A stretch of DNA of 64,000 bases, taken from assembly GCA_029202545.1 (NCBI GenBank), contig CP119311.1:5276069-5340068 (forward strand). Reading direction: 5' to 3'. This DNA is from Candidatus Pseudobacter hemicellulosilyticus. Its GTDB lineage: Bacteria > Bacteroidota > Bacteroidia > Chitinophagales > Chitinophagaceae. The notes under the pieces were generated by a model. It was not told the DNA's origin. It did no database searches and saw only the letters and a list, made by a program, of their open reading frames with translations. The position numbers and the translations under genes were made by a program. Of this stretch, positions 1 through 9,538 are shown piece after piece (within the stretch, counting starts at the first letter, position 1; each line of letters starts with the position of its first letter).

Positions 1-1
1 C

Positions 2-229
2 GGGGCTTTCCGGCTGGCGCTGGATACCGGCCATGCCATCATTCCCGGCGTTATCTTCAATACCAAAAAAGTATTGCCCGCCAACAAGCCCTTTTACTTC
101 ATGCCGCACCGGCTGGCCATTCATTTCCTGCCGCCCATTGCCCCGGAACCCGGGGAATCCACGGAATCTTTAAAGAACAGGGTACATGCGCTGATGCTGG
201 AATATTATGTAGCCAACGACAGGCCGTAG
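2..229 (+). CDS. Lysophospholipid acyltransferase (PlsC-like), C-terminal fragment cut by the window edge
   Basis: Manual translation of frame 2: GAFRLALDTGHAIIPGVIFNTKKVLP...FLPPI...*, which matches the C-terminal blocks of PlsC-family acyltransferases. Stop at 227-229. Confidence 0.65.
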   Translation, partial: GAFRLALDTGHAIIPGVIFNTKKVLPANKPFYFMPHRLAIHFLPPIAPEPGESTESLKNRVHALMLEYYVANDRP

Positions 230-459
230 GGCTGTTTTGTTCAACGGCAGTATACTGATTTTCAGCCGGTGGCTACCTGCTTCCAAATCCACTCAACAGA
301 ATAATGCAGGATGCTTTTGGCTATACAGCATCCATTGACAATTGACTTGCAGTTCTGTTACCAGGAAAACTATAGACTGCACAGTTCCGGAGGAGTTGCC
401 CGGCAAAATGCGGCCTCATGACAGCTCATGACTACAATAAGAATTTGGGACGAACCAAC

Positions 460-3243
460 CTACTGTCCGTAGAAATACCTGGTCCGGTTGATCTTCAGAT
501 CGCGTAGCACCCCTGATTTGGGATTGATAGTGATGTTGAAGGTCCGGTACAGGCCCACAGGCGTAACGTTGATGGACATTTGCCAGCAGTGCATTTCGCG
601 GGAGATGGACATGGTGAAAGACTGGATATCGCTGGTCTTGAAATCGTAATAGGAACTGGCCCCTATCTTCCATTTGGGCGTCAGGTTAAAGTCGCCATTG
701 AGGTTGATATTGGAACTGGTAACTGTTTCAAAACCCTGGTAATCGGCCCGGAATTGCCGGGAGAAGCTGAAGGAGAACGACAGGTTGATAGACCAGGGCA
801 CATTGAAATCTGCAAACTCGGCCGGATTGGACCTTGCATAGTTCAGCATGGCCATCTGTTCTTCGGCCGTTACCGGCGGCAGATCGCCCAGGGCTTCTTC
901 CTGTTCCTTGGCTTTCTTCTCGTCCTTGGGTTTGCTCTGGAAAGAAGTAGAAATGGCTATGCTCCCATTGGTGATACGTCCCGGAGAAAATCCTTTGCCA
1001 CCGGCCCAGGCATATTTGTTTACGCGATAGCCTGTGCTGTCGATCTGGTAAGGGTCCATGGTAGCGCCGGCGGTGATATTGATCTTATCAAACAGCGTAC
1101 TGCGTACGTAGAGATTGAAATTGGAGAGCTTGAAAGAATCGGCCATCAGGTTATACCCGCTGTTGAAACCGAAACCATCAATGAGGCGGATCTTTTTGAC
1201 ACCACCATTGGCCGTATCTTTTTTGGAACGCACTTTGGCTTCCAGGTTATTGTCGATCCCGAAGCTGATCCCGCCAAATACCCCTTCAGAAAAGGAGCCG
1301 AACATGCCGCCTTCATAGCGGGAAGTCCGGACAATCCGTTGCTGGGCGCTGTCCGGCCTGAAATCATAATAATAACCGGAGGCCAGGTCAGGCTTATAGC
1401 TCAGCGATACGCTGGGCCGCACTACGTGCCGGATGGCGCGCAGGGCGCTGTTGGGACCAAAACGATTGAACATACCAAACAGGGCGGTATTGACACCAAC
1501 GCTGAACGATACGTCATGCGCCGTAAACAAACCTCTGGTCACTATGGTATCTACTTTTTTAGTAGCGGTATTGTATCTCTTTTCCATGGACCGGGAAAAC
1601 ACACGATTGGAATAACTGATACCGGGTGCTATCTGGATAGGGCCAAGAGAAGGCAGGGACAGCTGGATGGGAATACTGTTCTGTACGCCCCATTGCATGG
1701 TGTCCAGGATCTTGGTCAGGTTGAAATCACGTTCGTACACACTGATCTGGTTGGCCACGTTGGAGTTCAGCCCGATCCCCAGTTTCTGGTACCATTTAGG
1801 CGTACCCACAAACTCTTTGGACTGGAAAGGATAAAAAGTATTGACCGTGAACGCTACGTTGGGCAGGTTCAGATTGATCAGCTGCGTATTGTTGTTCTGG
1901 TTGTGGTTGGCGCTGGCCGTCAGGTTGAAACGGGTATCCCAGGTCTTGGAATAAGTGATGGACGAGTTCAACTGGTTAGAGAAGTTGGCCATCGGGTTAT
2001 TGTACACAAACTGGTTGTACTTGGTAGAGCCCGCATTCACATTGGCGGAGAAACTGGTTCCTGGCCGGGCCCGGCTGTCTACCGAGTGGCTCCAGTTAAT
2101 ATTAAAGGTCTTGGTCCTGGTGAACTCCTCTTTGGCGCTGTTACTCAGCAGGCGCGAGTTCTGGTAAGAGAAGGCCAGGGTCCCTTTGTATTTATAGCGC
2201 TTATAATAGTTGGGCGTAACAAAAAACGCCATGCCACCATAAGAATAAATATTGCTGCGCAGGGTGACATCAAAATTATCATTGAGCACCTTATAATAAC
2301 CCAATCCTTCCAGGCCCAGACCAAACTGTTCACTGGAGGTGAACTGGGGTGGCAGCAGGCCTGAATGGCGCCCCTGGGAAAGCGGGAAGAAGCCGAAAGG
2401 GATATAGATGGGAACGGGCACGCCTTCAAATTCCGGGTGGATAGGCCCGGTGACCGCCAGTTTCTGGCTCACCATTTTCATCCTGGGGGTCCGGAAAGCA
2501 AAGTGCGGCGTATCCAGGTTACAGGTGGAGATTTGGCCACGCGAAGCAAAATACTCCGTTGGGGAGATCTTTTTTATCTTCTCCCCCTGTACAATCATTT
2601 CCCCCTGCTGCGTGATGGTGGAGCTGGTAAGGCCCCGCTGCGTTTCAAAATTATAGCGGATAACATCGGACTCCATTTTGCTGTCAGCCTGCACCATTTT
2701 GGGGCGACCTATAATTTTACCGGCCGTATCCCGCCGGTAAGTGGCAACGACCAGCTTGCTGGGCTGGTCCAGCTCAATGCTGTCCGCCGTCAGCTCCATA
2801 TCTTTTTGTTTAACGCTGGCCTTGCTGTAGAGAATGATCCTTTGGGTTTTGACGTCCATTATCATAGAGTCGGACGCTTTGTACTCTACAGGCGCATCCA
2901 GCGAGTCTTTGGAGAGTTTGAGGTGGAAGGTATCGGTCTGCACACCCAGGCTGTCCAGGTTGCGGCCCAGGCTATCAATCCGGGGCAGACTATCTATTTT
3001 TCCGGGAATGGTATCGGCGTCCAACCCCAGCGAATCCGTCTTTTTAACAGGAACAGTATCCTTAATGGGAGGTATGGTATCCGATTTGATAGGCTTTGTT
3101 GTATCAGAAAAAGCCGTTAACGGATTGCAAAAAATTGTATAGGTAGTGTAATTACCAGATACATTGGACGTTATTATCAAAACAGATACGAATAAAATCC
3201 ATGCTAAACCGTGTTTTAAGTTATTTTTGCGTCCGTTATCCAT
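460..3243 (-). CDS. lptD: Putative LPS assembly protein LptD (Bacteroidota type)
   Basis: 927 aa. OstA-like N-domain (YKASDS...IILY.KA.V...MELTADSI), a CNLDTPHF motif and a long beta-rich C-terminus. Divergent from an amidase gene, the usual Bacteroidota synteny. Confidence 0.8.
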   Translation of the reverse strand: MDNGRKNNLKHGLAWILFVSVLIITSNVSGNYTTYTIFCNPLTAFSDTTKPIKSDTIPPIKDTVPVKKTDSLGLDADTIPGKIDSLPRIDSLGRNLDSLGVQTDTFHLKLSKDSLDAPVEYKASDSMIMDVKTQRIILYSKASVKQKDMELTADSIELDQPSKLVVATYRRDTAGKIIGRPKMVQADSKMESDVIRYNFETQRGLTSSTITQQGEMIVQGEKIKKISPTEYFASRGQISTCNLDTPHFAFRTPRMKMVSQKLAVTGPIHPEFEGVPVPIYIPFGFFPLSQGRHSGLLPPQFTSSEQFGLGLEGLGYYKVLNDNFDVTLRSNIYSYGGMAFFVTPNYYKRYKYKGTLAFSYQNSRLLSNSAKEEFTRTKTFNINWSHSVDSRARPGTSFSANVNAGSTKYNQFVYNNPMANFSNQLNSSITYSKTWDTRFNLTASANHNQNNNTQLINLNLPNVAFTVNTFYPFQSKEFVGTPKWYQKLGIGLNSNVANQISVYERDFNLTKILDTMQWGVQNSIPIQLSLPSLGPIQIAPGISYSNRVFSRSMEKRYNTATKKVDTIVTRGLFTAHDVSFSVGVNTALFGMFNRFGPNSALRAIRHVVRPSVSLSYKPDLASGYYYDFRPDSAQQRIVRTSRYEGGMFGSFSEGVFGGISFGIDNNLEAKVRSKKDTANGGVKKIRLIDGFGFNSGYNLMADSFKLSNFNLYVRSTLFDKINITAGATMDPYQIDSTGYRVNKYAWAGGKGFSPGRITNGSIAISTSFQSKPKDEKKAKEQEEALGDLPPVTAEEQMAMLNYARSNPAEFADFNVPWSINLSFSFSFSRQFRADYQGFETVTSSNINLNGDFNLTPKWKIGASSYYDFKTSDIQSFTMSISREMHCWQMSINVTPVGLYRTFNITINPKSGVLRDLKINRTRYFYGQ

Positions 3244-3256
3244 ATGCAGTGGTGGG

Positions 3257-3264
3257 CAAAAATA
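3257..3264 (-). promoter_or_regulatory. Bacteroidota -7 promoter element (TATTTTTG) upstream of lptD
   Basis: Exact match to TAnnTTTG on the minus strand, 13 nt upstream of the ATG. Confidence 0.5.
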
Positions 3265-3335
3265 AGCTATAAAACCATTAAGAAGATGTGAAGGTTATGG
3301 CTTTATGTTTTTGTAACACTGATTTTATTATTGTC

Positions 3336-4325
3336 ATGATGATGAAAAAAATTGGTTCGATAGGTATTTTTCTTGTTTCGCTCATAGCGGTGGCGGCATT
3401 TACCCGCAAGGAAAGGCTGCCTGAGCAACCCAAACCGGTATTGTCCACCATCATTATTGATGCGGGGCATGGTGGTGTGGATCCCGGCGCCCGGGGCCAG
3501 CTCATGACGGAAGCAAAGGTAGCCCTGTCCATTTCCCTGAAGCTGGGCAAGGCTATTGAAGCGGCCATGCCTGAAGTGAAAGTGATCTATACCCGTACAA
3601 CGGATGTACTGGCCGGTGGCGGCACCAATGTACAGGAATCCCTGCGGTACCGGGCCAGGATGGCCAATGAGGCCAAAGGCGATCTCTTTGTCAGCATTCA
3701 CTGCAATGCAGCCGGCGTGAAGGCTGGCGGCTGGTATGCCAAAAAAGTAGTGGGCCATACCAATAAAACGGTTTATGTGGGTAAAGGCAAGAACCGCAAG
3801 AAAAAGACCGTCCGCTCCCCCATTTATGAAAACTATTGGGTCAAGAACTGGCAGCATGGTACGGAGACCTATATTTGGGCGGCCGACCGTGGGGAAGCCA
3901 AGAGTGAATCCATCAATATGACCCAGGACGATGGTGGAGAAAATGTGGAGGACAGTACAGATATCCTTGACCTCAGCTCTCCTGAAGCCCGTATCCGGGC
4001 ACAGTTATACGAAAAGAAATACTTTACCAAGAGCCTGCTGCTGGCCAATTATGTGGAAGAAGAATTTGTGAAAGGCGGCCGTGTGAGCCGGGGCGTAAAA
4101 CAACGGAATGAAAAAGGCATCTGGGTGTTGCAGGCTACAGGCATGCCCAGCGTGCTGATTGAAACAGGTTTTGTAAGCCATACCGAAGAAGAGGAATATA
4201 TTGTCAGCGAAAAAGGACAGGAAGAAATTGTTGCCAGCATCCTGAGCTCCCTGCTCCGCTACCGGGCCAGCCTGGAAGGCAAACCCGCCGGGGGCGCCGC
4301 AGACAGCCCTCCCACCGAACAGTGA
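3336..4325 (+). CDS. N-acetylmuramoyl-L-alanine amidase (Amidase_3), copy 1
   Basis: IIIDAGHGG, E, FVSIHCN and LIETGF Zn-ligand motifs plus a signal peptide. The start is probably in the MMMKK run rather than at 3288. Confidence 0.9.
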   Translation: MMMKKIGSIGIFLVSLIAVAAFTRKERLPEQPKPVLSTIIIDAGHGGVDPGARGQLMTEAKVALSISLKLGKAIEAAMPEVKVIYTRTTDVLAGGGTNVQESLRYRARMANEAKGDLFVSIHCNAAGVKAGGWYAKKVVGHTNKTVYVGKGKNRKKKTVRSPIYENYWVKNWQHGTETYIWAADRGEAKSESINMTQDDGGENVEDSTDILDLSSPEARIRAQLYEKKYFTKSLLLANYVEEEFVKGGRVSRGVKQRNEKGIWVLQATGMPSVLIETGFVSHTEEEEYIVSEKGQEEIVASILSSLLRYRASLEGKPAGGAADSPPTEQ

Positions 4326-4364
4326 TCGTAGAAACCCATTTCATTCGCCAATACAGACCCGTTC

Positions 4365-5267
4365 ATGTTGATTAAATTCTTTTGCAGCCTGTCGTTATTG
4401 GTAGTAGCCACAGCTCTCACTTCTTTTCAGCCGGCGCTGCAGCAGGACCAGCAGCCTGCCGTACTCAGGACAATTATAGTGGATGCCGGCCATGGCGGCA
4501 AAGCCATCGGCGCCCGGGGAAAATATTCTACTGAAAAAGATGTATGCCTGGCCATTGCCCTTAAACTGGGTAAAAAGATAGCGCATGACCTGCCTGGCGT
4601 GAAAGTGGTGTATACCCGCACAACAGATGCGTTTGTAGATAACCGGGTCCGTGCAGAAATGGCCAATGCAGCCAGGGGCGACCTGTTCATTTCCATCCAC
4701 GCCAATTCAGCCCGGCAGCTCAGTCAAAGAAAAATTACCGGCTACCGGAAAGAGACCTATTATACCGGCAAGGGCAAGAACCGCAAGAAAAAAACACGGT
4801 CTGTTCCTATATATAAGACCTATACCTCCGAGAACCCTGCCCGCGGCACAGAAACTTATATCTGGGCGGCCGACCGCACGGATGCCAAGGGCGGCTTTGT
4901 GAATGAAGTGATGTCTGAGGAGGAAGAATCCGAAGAAGGCTTTTCGCCTGACCTCAACGATCCTGCCTTTAAAGCCAAATCCCTGCTCTGGACCAAGCGC
5001 TACTTTGATAAAAGCCTGCTGCTGGCCAACCTGGTGGAGGAAGAATTTGTAAAAGGCGGCCGGAGCAGCCGGGGCGTAAAACAACGGAACAATGAAGGCA
5101 TCTGGGTCCTCCAGGCCACGGGCATGCCCAGCATCCTGATAGAGACAGGCTTTATCTCCAACCGCAAAGAAGAGGACTACCTGAACAATAAAGTAGGCCA
5201 GGAAGAGATGGCCAGCCAGATACTGAAGGCCGTGAAACGTTATAAAACCGCATTGGGCGACAAATGA
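4365..5267 (+). CDS. N-acetylmuramoyl-L-alanine amidase (Amidase_3), copy 2
   Basis: IIVDAGHGG, EKDV, FISIHAN and LIETGF motifs. Clear paralog of the upstream gene. Confidence 0.9.
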   Translation: MLIKFFCSLSLLVVATALTSFQPALQQDQQPAVLRTIIVDAGHGGKAIGARGKYSTEKDVCLAIALKLGKKIAHDLPGVKVVYTRTTDAFVDNRVRAEMANAARGDLFISIHANSARQLSQRKITGYRKETYYTGKGKNRKKKTRSVPIYKTYTSENPARGTETYIWAADRTDAKGGFVNEVMSEEEESEEGFSPDLNDPAFKAKSLLWTKRYFDKSLLLANLVEEEFVKGGRSSRGVKQRNNEGIWVLQATGMPSILIETGFISNRKEEDYLNNKVGQEEMASQILKAVKRYKTALGDK

Positions 5268-5456
5268 TTGTGTCCTCTTTCCCCATTCTGAACGCCCTGA
5301 CCCACCCCAAATACCCCATTTATGCTATTTTTGATGGTGGTACGTCTTTTTTGAAGAGATTGAGAACCGATCTTTTACAAAAAATGCGCATCTTGCCGTC
5401 TAATTGTCCTCTGCGCCAGTCAGGGGGTGAGGTACGGAAGGATAAAAACTAATCGC

Positions 5457-6437
5457 ATGAAAATTTCTAATGAAACCAAGGTAGGATCTTTAACAGCCAT
5501 AGCTATCGTAGTACTGATCTTTGGATTTAACTTTCTGAAAGGCAAAGACCTGAACGCGTCTCATGACAAACTCTATGCGGTTTTTCCCTCCGTGGAAGGA
5601 CTGGCAGTCTCCACCCCGGTCATGATCAATGGCCTCCAGGTGGGCAAAGTGGCCGCGCTGAAAGAGATAGATATGAACCTCACCGGCATTGTGGTCACCA
5701 TTTCCATGAGCAAAGAGGTCAATATTCCCAGGAATTCTGTTGCGCTCATCAATTCAGAGCTGCTGGGCGGCGCTTCCATGAAGATCCAGCTGGGCAATGG
5801 CAGTAACTATGTGAAGGACGGCGATACCCTGCTGAGCATGCAAGCCAAAGGCATGGTAGATAAGCTCCAGGCCAGTATTGACCCGGCGCTGGCCAGCGTG
5901 AACAGGACCCTGGTTTCCCTGGATACCCTGATCATGAACCTCAACAGCACCCTGGATCCACGCACCAAGAATAACCTCCAGGATATCATCGCCAACCTGA
6001 TGCGCACCACCAAATCACTGGAACAACTGGCCAACGCCCAGACCGGCATCCTGGCCAAGTCCCTCACCAATATGGAAAGCGTGACGGGCAACCTGGCCAA
6101 AAACAATGAAAAGATAACGGCTACGGTCAACAACCTGGAAAAAGCCACCAGCCAGTTTGCCAATGCAGATATCAAAGGCTCATTGGAAGAACTGAAAGGC
6201 GTACTGAGCAACCTGGAAACCACTATTGGTAAAACCACACAGAAAGACAATACCCTCGGCCTGCTGTTAAATGATCGCCAATTGTACGATGAGATCCGAG
6301 AGACCAATCGCAGTTTGACTACCTTGCTCGACGACCTGCGGGTACATCCAAAGCGGTATGTGAGCATTTCCGTGTTTGGCAAAAAGGACAAGAAAGGCCC
6401 GCTGATGAGCCCTATCTACGATACTATCCCGAAATAA
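5457..6437 (+). CDS. MlaD/MCE family protein
   Basis: MKISNETKVG, an N-terminal TM helix, an MCE domain (VEGL...PVMINGLQVGKV), a helical region and the LL.DLR.HPKRYV.ISVFG tail. Confidence 0.9.
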   Translation: MKISNETKVGSLTAIAIVVLIFGFNFLKGKDLNASHDKLYAVFPSVEGLAVSTPVMINGLQVGKVAALKEIDMNLTGIVVTISMSKEVNIPRNSVALINSELLGGASMKIQLGNGSNYVKDGDTLLSMQAKGMVDKLQASIDPALASVNRTLVSLDTLIMNLNSTLDPRTKNNLQDIIANLMRTTKSLEQLANAQTGILAKSLTNMESVTGNLAKNNEKITATVNNLEKATSQFANADIKGSLEELKGVLSNLETTIGKTTQKDNTLGLLLNDRQLYDEIRETNRSLTTLLDDLRVHPKRYVSISVFGKKDKKGPLMSPIYDTIPK

Positions 6438-6450
6438 GGAAAACAGCCTA

Positions 6451-8574
6451 ATGAACCGGTATTATTACCTCACTATTGTTTTATTTTTTGCCTCTCTTTA
6501 TACCAGCTATGCCCAGTCGCCAGCCAGCGATTCCACCGCTCCACAGATTGTAAACTGGATCTACTCCGATGTATTCCGGAGTGAGCGAAAGGATTCTGTC
6601 ACTGAAGTGCAGACCATGGTAGGCAAGGTACACATGGCACAGGGCCGCACCCAGTTCTATTGCGACAGCGCTATTTACAATAAACGCCTCAGGACCGTTG
6701 AAGCTTTTGGCAATGTGCATATCAATGACGCCGATAGCGTTCATACCTATTCCCAATACCTGCTCTACCATGCAGATACCCGGATCGCCTTCCTCCGTAA
6801 TAAAGTAAAGCTGACAGATAACAAGATCACCCTCACCACCGAGGAACTGCGTTATGACGCCAATGAAAAAATAGGCGACTATTACAACGGTGGTAAAGTA
6901 GTGAACGGCCCTACCGTACTCACCAGCAAGGAAGGCACTTACTATGGCGAATTAAAAGATGTATATTTCAAAAGGAATGTAGTGCTCAATGACCCGCAGT
7001 ACAATCTTAAAGGCGATTCCCTTTTATACAATACCACTACGGAGATAGCTACTTTCATAGCGCCGACAACCATCCGGGACTCCAGCAATAAGGATATCTA
7101 TACCACTGATGGTTTTTACGACCTGAAAAATAAGAAAGCATACTTCGGTAAAAGGCCCATCATCCATGATGGCCGGACCCTGATCATTGCCAATGAGGTG
7201 ACTACCGATGACGCCAGCGGCATCTCGCTCCTGAAAGGCAATGCCGTTTTTGTGGACAGCGCCCAGGGCGTTTCTGTACTGGCCAATTTTATCCGGGCCA
7301 ACCGCAACGAGAGCAGCTTTTTTGCCACGCAGAGCCCGCTCATGATCATCCAACAGGAAAAAGACTCCATTTATATTACGGCAGACACCCTGGTATCCGG
7401 CAAGCTCAGCAAGCTGGAAAAGATGATGGATTCACTGCGGCATGTGGCGGACTCCCTCCGGAAATTAGCAGATACCGTTAGCCAGGAGGAACTGACCCCC
7501 GGCGTTCCGATGCCACCCCGCCCTGCCACTGATTCGCTGATCCGTTCAAAAGATTCTATACGCACTGCAGTGATAGCAGCCGATTCCCTGAACCGCAGCA
7601 TGGACTCACTGGCCACCATGGCCGTAGACTCCCTGGTGAGCGGGAAAGATCTCCGGCCGCAGGCAGCAGCTAAACCACCGGGCATTGACAGCCTGTTATC
7701 GGTAAGGGACAGTATGGCCAGGGTGGTACAACCAGCCGTAGATAGCCTGGCGGCTGTCAGGGATAGCATAACCAACATTCAGCCGCCGCAACCGCCGGCA
7801 CGCAGGCCGGATAGTCTGGCCAAAAGACCACAAACTCCGCCTGTTCCGGGCCGCAGGCCTGACGGCCAGCCAGCCCCACCTACCATGAGGCCTGTTCAAC
7901 AGGACCCGCTGGTCAAGGCTCCGCCACCTGCTTCCAAAGAGACAGATACGCTGCGTGGTATTACCGTGGTGGATTCAGCTTCCGCTCCGCTGAGTGATAG
8001 CGCCGACCGGTATTTCCAGGCTTATCACCATGTGCGCATTTTCTCCGATTCACTCCAGGCCGTGGCCGACAGCCTGTTCTATTCCGGCAGGGATTCTGCA
8101 TTCCGGTTGTTTACGGATCCTATTATCTGGTCGGGCGATAACCAGATCACCGGTGATACTATTTATCTCTATACCAAAAACAAACAACCCGATCGCCTGT
8201 TCGTATTTGAAAATGCGCTGGCGGTTAACAAGCTGACCACCGGCCCGAATATGTATAACCAGCTCAAAGGGAACCGGCTCAACGGCATCTTTGTAGACGG
8301 CGCCATTGATCATTTCCGGTCCCGCGGCAATGCGGAAAGCGTGTATTATATCCTGGATAACGACAGCGCCCTGGTAGGCATCAACAAAGTACAGGGCGAT
8401 ATCATTGAGCTGCGCTTTAAGAACAAGGAACTGTTCCAGGTGGCGGTGATCAGTGAACCCAGTGGGACCATGCTGCCCGTAAGCCAGGCTACCGAACAGG
8501 ACCGGTTCCTGCGCAATTTCAAATGGCAGGAAGCCCGCAGACCCAAATCCAAATACGAACTGTTCGGGAATTAA
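6451..8574 (+). CDS. OstA-like (LptA/LptD_N beta-jellyroll) protein with a central low-complexity insertion
   Basis: Repeated OstA-type strands (FYCDSAIY...VEAFGNVHIND.DS; AYHHVRIFSDSLQAVADSLFYS) and a signal peptide. Confidence 0.8.
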   Translation: MNRYYYLTIVLFFASLYTSYAQSPASDSTAPQIVNWIYSDVFRSERKDSVTEVQTMVGKVHMAQGRTQFYCDSAIYNKRLRTVEAFGNVHINDADSVHTYSQYLLYHADTRIAFLRNKVKLTDNKITLTTEELRYDANEKIGDYYNGGKVVNGPTVLTSKEGTYYGELKDVYFKRNVVLNDPQYNLKGDSLLYNTTTEIATFIAPTTIRDSSNKDIYTTDGFYDLKNKKAYFGKRPIIHDGRTLIIANEVTTDDASGISLLKGNAVFVDSAQGVSVLANFIRANRNESSFFATQSPLMIIQQEKDSIYITADTLVSGKLSKLEKMMDSLRHVADSLRKLADTVSQEELTPGVPMPPRPATDSLIRSKDSIRTAVIAADSLNRSMDSLATMAVDSLVSGKDLRPQAAAKPPGIDSLLSVRDSMARVVQPAVDSLAAVRDSITNIQPPQPPARRPDSLAKRPQTPPVPGRRPDGQPAPPTMRPVQQDPLVKAPPPASKETDTLRGITVVDSASAPLSDSADRYFQAYHHVRIFSDSLQAVADSLFYSGRDSAFRLFTDPIIWSGDNQITGDTIYLYTKNKQPDRLFVFENALAVNKLTTGPNMYNQLKGNRLNGIFVDGAIDHFRSRGNAESVYYILDNDSALVGINKVQGDIIELRFKNKELFQVAVISEPSGTMLPVSQATEQDRFLRNFKWQEARRPKSKYELFGN

Positions 8575-8629
8575 GCTATCGCGGGATAGTGTAGGTTCTT
8601 TATTGCGTTCAGGCTATAAGGTCAGCAGC

Positions 8630-8960
8630 GGTCAAAAAACTACAGGCTTTGTTTTGGCCGGTATTGTGTTGGTTCGTCCCAATCCTTCTTCACATTTTAT
8701 GTTAACAGCCAGTACCGATCAAAAACTACAGGTTCTATTTTCGCCGGTATTGTTTTGGTTCGCCCCAATGCCTTCTTTACATTTTTTGTTAACAGCCAAT
8801 ACCGATCAAAAACTACAGGCTCTATTTTCGCCGGTATTGCCTTGGTTCGTCCCAAACCCCTCTTCACATTTTATGTTAACAGCCAGTACCGATCAAAAAC
8901 TACAGGCTCTGTTTTCGCCGGTATTGCCTTGGTTCGTCCCAACCCTTCTTCACATTTTAT
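8630..8960. repeat. Intergenic tandem repeat, 87-bp unit, ~3.8 copies
   Basis: Units start at 8630, 8717, 8804 and 8891. Consensus is close to GATCAAAAACTACAGGCTCTATTTTCGCCGGTATTGCCTTGGTTCGTCCCAAACCCCTCTTCACATTTTATGTTAACAGCCAGTACC. No unique spacers. Confidence 0.95.
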
Positions 8961-9059
8961 TTTAATGGAAGAACGTTAAAAATAGTCCGGCGACGCCCTG
9001 TAACCTGCCAGCAGTAAGGCTTTGGCATTATATTCGTTTTTGAAACCAAAACCACCACC

Positions 9060-9527
9060 ATGCGCCAGCTCACTATAACCCTGTTCACCCTTGTTATAAC
9101 TTCCCTATTCAGCATCCGCGCCACTGCCCAGGATTATCGTTTTGCCTTGGGTTTACGGCTCAGCAATTCTACACCTACCCTTAACAGTTCGGTCTCCGGA
9201 AGATATTTTATTACAGAACGCAGCGCCGTGGAAGGACTGGTATCCTTCGGCAGCCGTTTTGGCGCCGGCGCCCTGCTGGAACTCTATAATGATTTTTCTA
9301 CCCCGGGTCTGCGCTGGTTCTATGGCGGCGGTATCTATGTTGGCTTCCAGGATAAGGTCAGCTATGTTGGACCTACCGGCATCATCGGCCTGGATTATAC
9401 TTTCCAGGAAGCGCCGATCAATATTTCGGTAGACTGGAAGCCGGAACTGGATATCAGCCCCGATATCAATTTTGTGCCGGACGCCTTTGCCGTTTCCATC
9501 CGGTTCACTATCCCGAAAAAACATTAG
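9060..9527 (+). CDS. Small outer-membrane beta-barrel-like hypothetical protein
   Basis: Signal peptide, then QDYRFALGLRL and alternating amphipathic strands (WFYGGG, IGLDY.F, ISVDWKPEL) typical of 8-stranded Bacteroidota OMPs. Confidence 0.7.
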   Translation: MRQLTITLFTLVITSLFSIRATAQDYRFALGLRLSNSTPTLNSSVSGRYFITERSAVEGLVSFGSRFGAGALLELYNDFSTPGLRWFYGGGIYVGFQDKVSYVGPTGIIGLDYTFQEAPINISVDWKPELDISPDINFVPDAFAVSIRFTIPKKH

Positions 9528-9538
9528 CAGGTTTACCA

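Noticed and set aside
580-2364. Long antisense ORFs (for example 580-2364, 23569-24483, 29239-30660, 31068-32600, 35261-36667, 41900-43432, 56305-57396)
   Set aside because: They are shadows of real genes on the opposite strand in high-GC3 sequence and show no recognisable motifs.
8630-8960. CRISPR array
   Set aside because: The whole 87-bp unit is repeated with no unique spacers, and there are no cas genes in the window.
8603-8979. Repeat-peptide ORFs (120 aa and 74 aa) as RiPP precursors
   Set aside because: They arise from the 29-codon period. Indels between units shift the frame, and no modifying enzymes are adjacent.
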